DNA from: a virus | Taxonomy: Duplodnaviria; Caudoviricetes | Strand: one strand, 5' to 3' | DNA length: 50,451 bases | Virus record (IMG/VR): IMGVR_UViG_3300015203_000012 | Span: 1 to 50,451 of that record | Shown: positions 45,712 through 50,451 of the stretch, in pieces | How positions within the stretch are numbered: position 1 is the stretch's first letter | How the letters are laid out: every line of letters begins with the position of its first letter | Made by a program: the position numbers and the translations under genes | Notes under the pieces: generated by a model | What the model saw: the letters and a program-made list of their open reading frames with translations, nothing else | Told to the model about the DNA's origin: nothing | Database searches by the model: none

Positions 45712-46422
45712 GTGCCTCGTTCTCACGGGGTGATCAAGGTGTCGGTGTGGGAGGTCGGGTCGGACTTCCGGGGGCTCTCGCTCGACTCGCAGTGGGCGTA
45801 CGAGATGCTCGTCTCGCAGCCGCAGATCAACAACCTCGGCCTGCTGCCGTACACCCCGGAGAAGTGGTGGAGGTTCGCCGCCGACCTCACAGCTGTCCGG
45901 TTGCACCAGGCGCTCACGCAGCTCGAGCAGGCCGCGATGACCGTCACCGACAGCGAGACCGGCGAGCTCCTCGTCCGCACGTTCATCAAGCACGACCGGA
46001 TCTGGAAACAGCCGAAGCTCGTCACGAACGCCCGGAAACTCATCCGGGAAGTCGAGTCCCATCCGATCCGAAGCTACCTCCTCGACCGCCACCCATGGCT
46101 CATCGAGGAGTCCTGGTCGCACGACAAAATCGAACGGCACGAGACCACCAGACGCCGGCCCAGAACCACCACGACGGAACCCCTATCCACACACGAACCC
46201 ACAGCCAACGGGAAACCCCTAACCGAAGGGGAACACGAAGGAGTAACCGAAGCCCTAACAGAGGGGGTATCTCCCCCGCGGGCGCGCGTACGCGATGGCC
46301 TACCCCTACCCCAAGCCCCTACCCCAACTACGGGTTCAAGCGTTAGCGAGACAAGGGCTGTTGCGGCACCCCTCGGAACAGCCCTTACTCAAATCACCCC
46401 AGAACTGCGGAACATCCAGTGA
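45712..46422 (+). CDS. putative replication initiator
   Basis: I..S.W...DF..LS...QW.Y..L.SQP.IN..G.L, E.LVRTFIKHD; low-complexity C-terminal region with repeats. Confidence 0.65.
   Translation: MPRSHGVIKVSVWEVGSDFRGLSLDSQWAYEMLVSQPQINNLGLLPYTPEKWWRFAADLTAVRLHQALTQLEQAAMTVTDSETGELLVRTFIKHDRIWKQPKLVTNARKLIREVESHPIRSYLLDRHPWLIEESWSHDKIERHETTRRRPRTTTTEPLSTHEPTANGKPLTEGEHEGVTEALTEGVSPPRARVRDGLPLPQAPTPTTGSSVSETRAVAAPLGTALTQITPELRNIQ
46177..46330 (+). repeat. iteron-like repeats, candidate origin
   Basis: TAACCGAAG x2, TAACAGAGG, CCCCTACCCCAA x2. Confidence 0.45.
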
Positions 46423-46679
46423 GCGACCGCCACCAGATCTGGGAGCTCCTCGACGGCACCCAGATGGACATCCGCGCCGCCTCCGCGAAACTCGTCGCGC
46501 TCCGCTCCTACGTCGCCGGACTCGACCTCCCCGAACCATCCACCGTCACCTGCCCACACTGCGGCCTGAAACTCCACGGTCCGCGCTCGCTCTCAACCCA
46601 CCTCCACCAACTCCACGACGGCCCACTCCCCGACCACATCGCCGCCGCAGACGCCCTCGCCGACGAGCCGCCGCTGTGA
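46419..46679 (+). CDS. C2H2 Zn-finger protein
   Basis: CPHCG......SL..H....H. Confidence 0.7.
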   Translation: MSDRHQIWELLDGTQMDIRAASAKLVALRSYVAGLDLPEPSTVTCPHCGLKLHGPRSLSTHLHQLHDGPLPDHIAAADALADEPPL

Positions 46680-46747
46680 GGGTCGCGCGCGCACGCGTCC
46701 CCCAGCCCGGTTTGGTGTTGTCGCCGTCTGGGGTTACGCTTGAGGAC

Positions 46748-46945
46748 ATGACGGACGCCACCGTGAGTCCCCTGCTGTCGCTCGAAGCACAAATGCTGAC
46801 CGCCGACGAGGCACGGATCTTCTACGGGTTCGAGCGCGAGAAGCCGCCGATGAAACTCTCACCGATCTGGATTGCGCTCCCGGCTGGTCTGGCGTGCTGG
46901 GCTGTCCTCGCCGCAGCCGTGTGGGCGGCCTGGACATGGCTGTGA
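46748..46945 (+). CDS. small membrane protein, leaderless (TACGCT 7 nt upstream)
   Basis: C-terminal TM. Confidence 0.5.
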   Translation: MTDATVSPLLSLEAQMLTADEARIFYGFEREKPPMKLSPIWIALPAGLACWAVLAAAVWAAWTWL

Positions 46946-47046
46946 CCGTCCTCGCGGTCTTCGGCGCGGTCTTCGTCGTCGGTCTCGCGCTGCTCACCCT
47001 CGCGTTCGCGGTGACGTGGGTGAACGGAAGGTCGGGCCGGTCGTGA
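46942..47046 (+). CDS. tiny TM peptide
   Basis: Coupled overlaps; hydrophobic. Confidence 0.5.
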   Translation: MTVLAVFGAVFVVGLALLTLAFAVTWVNGRSGRS

Positions 47047-47384
47047 TCGTTCGGGTGACCGCGCATGCGGTGTTGCGCGCCCGCGCCCGCCGGCACTTCG
47101 CGCTGCTCGCCGGCCTCGAGGTCGAAAGGCTGATCGGGTTGGAGGTCAGGGAGGCGATCATGGCGGGCAGGGTGTCGAGGGAGAAGCCCGCATGGACGAA
47201 ACTCGTGCGCCGCTCCGAGGTCATGAACGGCTGTCTGTCGTCGAAGCCGGTGCAGTGTCGTGAAGGCACCCAGTTCGTGTGGAACCACGACGAGACGCTG
47301 GGCTGGATCGTGAAGCGCGAAGGCCCGGTGACGGTTGTGTTGACGTCGCTGCACCGGGTCCGGTCGGAGACGTTGGCGGCTTGA
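47043..47384 (+). CDS. hypothetical protein
   Basis: VT.HA..RAR N-terminus; coupled. Confidence 0.6.
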   Translation: MIVRVTAHAVLRARARRHFALLAGLEVERLIGLEVREAIMAGRVSREKPAWTKLVRRSEVMNGCLSSKPVQCREGTQFVWNHDETLGWIVKREGPVTVVLTSLHRVRSETLAA

Positions 47385-47692
47385 GCGTGTTCTGGATCTA
47401 CGTCACGTTGGCGGTCGCCGCGGTCTTCGGCCTGGGTGTGTTCGTCGGTGCGCTCTCATGTCCGCCGGGTCGGCGTGGCGGAACGATCGACCTGACCGGG
47501 TCGGCGGCACGCGGCGAGCTTGACTGGACGGATCGCATCTACCGAACCCAGACGCTGCAGGCGAACGCGACGGTCAAGTTCAGCAACATCCAGGCATCCG
47601 GGTTCACCGGCGCCTCGTTCGTGAACGCCGCCGGCGAAACATTCAACGCCGAACCAGCCACCCCGGCATGTCATCTACGGGCAGTCGAATGA
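47381..47692 (+). CDS. membrane-anchored hypothetical protein
   Basis: TTGA overlap; N-terminal TM. Confidence 0.5.
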   Translation: MSVFWIYVTLAVAAVFGLGVFVGALSCPPGRRGGTIDLTGSAARGELDWTDRIYRTQTLQANATVKFSNIQASGFTGASFVNAAGETFNAEPATPACHLRAVE

Positions 47693-48159
47693 CCGCCCAG
47701 CTCGTCGAGATCACCGCCGAGCAGCGTGCCGCGTTCCTGCAGACGATCCGTGACAGCGGCGACGAAATGATCGGCAACGTCGCGGCGCTACGTGCTGTCG
47801 GTGTGAAAGGAACCCGCGGCCAACTCCACGACCTCATAGACCGGGAAGGCTTGAAAGAGGAGATCACGGAGGCGCGGAACCGGAACGTCGAGAAGGTGAA
47901 GCAGGCGGTGTTCCAGGTTGCCTGTGACCCGTCACACAAGGACTTCCAGAGGTGCGCGGCGATGTGGCTGAAAGCGCACGGCGGGTCGGAGTGGAGCGAC
48001 CGGATGAGCCATGAGATCACCGGCAAAAACGGCGGCCCCATCGCCCTCCTCGCCGGCCGCTACGACCTCGAGCAGCTCACCGTCGACGAACTCGAAGGCC
48101 TCCGCGGACTGCTCGAAAAGGCACGACCAGAACTGACCGTCGGCGATGCCGACAGTTGA
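47689..48159 (+). CDS. terS: terminase small subunit
   Basis: Directly upstream of terL; WLK, HEITGKNGGPI. Confidence 0.7.
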   Translation: MTAQLVEITAEQRAAFLQTIRDSGDEMIGNVAALRAVGVKGTRGQLHDLIDREGLKEEITEARNRNVEKVKQAVFQVACDPSHKDFQRCAAMWLKAHGGSEWSDRMSHEITGKNGGPIALLAGRYDLEQLTVDELEGLRGLLEKARPELTVGDADS

Positions 48160-49762
48160 GCTCACAGTCGAGGAGATCGACGCCGCCATCGAACGCCGCC
48201 GCAACGGCGAACAACTCCAACAGGAAGCCGACCGTCTCGCACTCGACCTCCGAGGGTTCGTCAAAGCGTCCTGGCACACCATCGTCCCGAACGTCCCCTA
48301 CGTCCACGGCTGGCACATCGACACCATCTGCGACCACCTCGAGGCCGTCACCGCCGGCGAAATCCTCCGCCTCCAGATCTGGATCCCACCGGGCACATCG
48401 AAGTCCACGACCGTGTCGATCGCCTGGCCCGTCTGGGAATGGCTGCAACGGCCCGAGCTCCGCTACATCACCTGCTCCTACGACCTTCGACTCGCAACAC
48501 GGTTCGCTGTCAAATCCCGTGACCTCATCCGGTCCGCGTGGTTCCGCGCACGCTTCCCCCACGTGCAACTCAAGCCCGACGAAGACCTCAAACAGTCATA
48601 TGCAAACACCGAAGGCGGCCGCAGGTTCGCGACCTCGCCGACCGGCGGCGCGACCGGTGAGCACGCCGACCGGATCCTCATCGACGACCCGTTGGACGCC
48701 AACGACGTCGTCAGCGAGGCCGCCCTCGAGCAGGTGCGGGAGTGGCATGACGGCACGATCTCAACGAGGTTCGCGAACGCGAAAACTGGTGCGGAAGTCA
48801 TCATCCAGCAGCGGCTCGCCGAACGTGATCTGCCCGGCCATGTGATCTCCGGCCAGGAGCACTGGACGGTCTTGTGCCTGCCCGAACGATACGAGCGGCA
48901 GCACCCGTTCGTCTACCCCGACAAGACCGAGCTGCCGTCCGGCCGTATGCTGCAGGGAGACATCCGCACCCATGACGGCGAGCTTCTCTGCCCCGACCGG
49001 GTCGGCGAAACCGAAAACCGGCGGCGCGCCGAAGTCCTCGGACAGTTCCGTGCCGCCGGCCAACTACAGCAGCGCCCCGCAGCCCGTGAAGGCGCGATCC
49101 TGAAACGGTCCGGCTGGAAGTTCTTCCCACGACGGTGGCTCGAAGACGACGGCCTCACCGCGCTCCCGAAGTTCACCGCGATCGTGCAGTCATGGGACAC
49201 CACGTTTAAAGACAAAACCACCAGCGACTACGTCGTCGGCACCGTGTGGGGGCAGATCGGCGCCGACCTGTACCTGCTCCGCAAAGCCCGCCGCCGGATG
49301 TCGCTCTCGATGACCAAAGCCGAGATGCGTGCCATCACGGCATGGGCCGACGAACGGTGGCCGAGGCTGCCGCACCGGATCCTGATCGAGAAGTCCGCGA
49401 ACGGTGTCGAGATCATCGAGGAGCTGAAGCGCGAGCTGCGCGGCGTCACCGCGGTCGTCGCTTCCACGTCGAAAGTCGCCCGGGCCGAAGCGGCCGAGCC
49501 GGCGTTGGAGGCAGGGAACATCTATCTGGCCGGCCAGGCCGAACCCGGCGCCCCGTCCGGGTACAGCGAGGCGCTCACCCCAGCGGACTCGCAGGAGCTG
49601 ATCGAGGAGTGCGCCGCGTTCCCGTTGGGTGACCATGACGACCAGGTCGACTCGTTCACGCAGGCGGTGAACTGGACGAGGGCGCACCGGTCGCAGCCGG
49701 CACGCACCGCGGTCGCCAGAGGCCGGATCCCGACAGGGGCGCCACGACGGCTCGCCGCGTGA
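48146..49762 (+). CDS. terL: terminase large subunit
   Basis: PPGTSKST, ILIDDP, IQQRL, QLQQRP, SWDT, IEKSANG, HDDQVD. Confidence 0.95.
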   Translation: MPTVELTVEEIDAAIERRRNGEQLQQEADRLALDLRGFVKASWHTIVPNVPYVHGWHIDTICDHLEAVTAGEILRLQIWIPPGTSKSTTVSIAWPVWEWLQRPELRYITCSYDLRLATRFAVKSRDLIRSAWFRARFPHVQLKPDEDLKQSYANTEGGRRFATSPTGGATGEHADRILIDDPLDANDVVSEAALEQVREWHDGTISTRFANAKTGAEVIIQQRLAERDLPGHVISGQEHWTVLCLPERYERQHPFVYPDKTELPSGRMLQGDIRTHDGELLCPDRVGETENRRRAEVLGQFRAAGQLQQRPAAREGAILKRSGWKFFPRRWLEDDGLTALPKFTAIVQSWDTTFKDKTTSDYVVGTVWGQIGADLYLLRKARRRMSLSMTKAEMRAITAWADERWPRLPHRILIEKSANGVEIIEELKRELRGVTAVVASTSKVARAEAAEPALEAGNIYLAGQAEPGAPSGYSEALTPADSQELIEECAAFPLGDHDDQVDSFTQAVNWTRAHRSQPARTAVARGRIPTGAPRRLAA

Positions 49763-50028
49763 CATATCGGAACGTCCCGTCTGTCACCTACACTCTCGGC
49801 CTGATGGCCGACGCGCTCACGGAAGCCCAAGCCGCACGGGCCGAGCTCCACCAGTCCGTCTACTGGCCTGCAGCACAGCGGCAGAAAGGCAGCAACCATC
49901 TCTGGCAGACCGACCAGCACCTCGCCGCCGTAATCGCCGACCTCACCATCCCGCTGCCGCCGCCGCTCGCGGTGACAGTCATGGGGGTTGCACGGCAAGG
50001 CCAGACGCTGCAGGCGGCGATCCGGTGA
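49759..50028 (+). CDS. small protein ending in an Ig-like tag (alternative ATG at 49804)
   Basis: Helical body, PPP linker, VTVMGVARQGQTLQAAIR. Confidence 0.6.
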   Translation: MTYRNVPSVTYTLGLMADALTEAQAARAELHQSVYWPAAQRQKGSNHLWQTDQHLAAVIADLTIPLPPPLAVTVMGVARQGQTLQAAIR

Positions 50029-50451
50029 CAGACACGTTTCAGTGGGAACGCTGCGACGCGGTCGGCGGAGCATGTGTCGACATCGGCGGTGCCACCAACC
50101 CGACTTACCTGATCGTGTCCGCCGACAACGGCCACATGCTGCGCGCGCGCGGCTACCGCAACCTGATCCTCGTCGGCGTCTCACCCCCCGTCGGCCCCGT
50201 CGAGGCCGCACCACCCCCCGGCGTGTTCTTCTCAACCCCCGACGACCTCCGATCACTGACCCCTGATGTCGAGTTCACCGGCGGCACCGCGAACGACTTC
50301 CAAACGTTCCTCGACTCACTCGACGGCGTCACGAAACGATACGGCGGCATCCGGTGGGGCGTCAACGTCGACCGCGGCCTGACAGGGAACTGGCGGCTCT
50401 CACACCACGGCCTCGACGCAGCCCACCCGATCCGGCTGTACCCGACGAACA
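50025..50451 (+). CDS. N-terminal part of fibre protein beginning with an incomplete Ig-like domain; 3'-partial (not in ORF track)
   Basis: MTDTFQWERCDAVGGACVDIGGATNPTYLIVSADNGHMLRAR; frame open to window end. Confidence 0.7.
   Translation, partial: MTDTFQWERCDAVGGACVDIGGATNPTYLIVSADNGHMLRARGYRNLILVGVSPPVGPVEAAPPPGVFFSTPDDLRSLTPDVEFTGGTANDFQTFLDSLDGVTKRYGGIRWGVNVDRGLTGNWRLSHHGLDAAHPIRLYPTN

Noticed and set aside
50440-50451. Exact circular join or terminal repeat
   Set aside because: No end overlap seen; joined frame stops after about 33 codons

Overview
A near-complete, circularly permuted ~50 kb genome of a high-GC temperate siphovirus. The host is probably an actinobacterium (inferred from the Rpf gene, leaderless promoters and the Ig-domain type). 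The assembly is opened inside a beta-helix gene between terL and portal. Gene order: beta-helix fibre, SLOG, HNH, a ~6 kb glycan-modification cluster, portal, MuF-2H phosphoesterase-protease fusion, capsid, tail, lysis, cI/cro switch, RecT plus exonuclease, two tandem tyrosine recombinases, Rpf, arrays of small accessory genes, replication initiator, terS/terL. Top candidate new system: about 11 direct copies of a 23-bp site (TGACGTAG-N6-KAACCGGGC) with dif-like arm/6-bp-spacer/arm layout. The copies sit at junctions of small accessory genes, usually supply the upstream stop codon, and are always read in one frame into the next ORF. One copy lies at the start of an extra tyrosine recombinase, and a second 26-bp motif opens three of the modules. 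This suggests an integron-like cassette system in a phage. Other highlights: an Ig-like domain apparently split between two C-terminal 18-aa tags and the fibre N-terminus, an attP (tRNA-Glu 3' half) inside the integrase CDS, a palindromic double leaderless promoter, and a deacetylase plus formyltransferase glycan pathway. All product calls come from manual motif recognition, not database searches.
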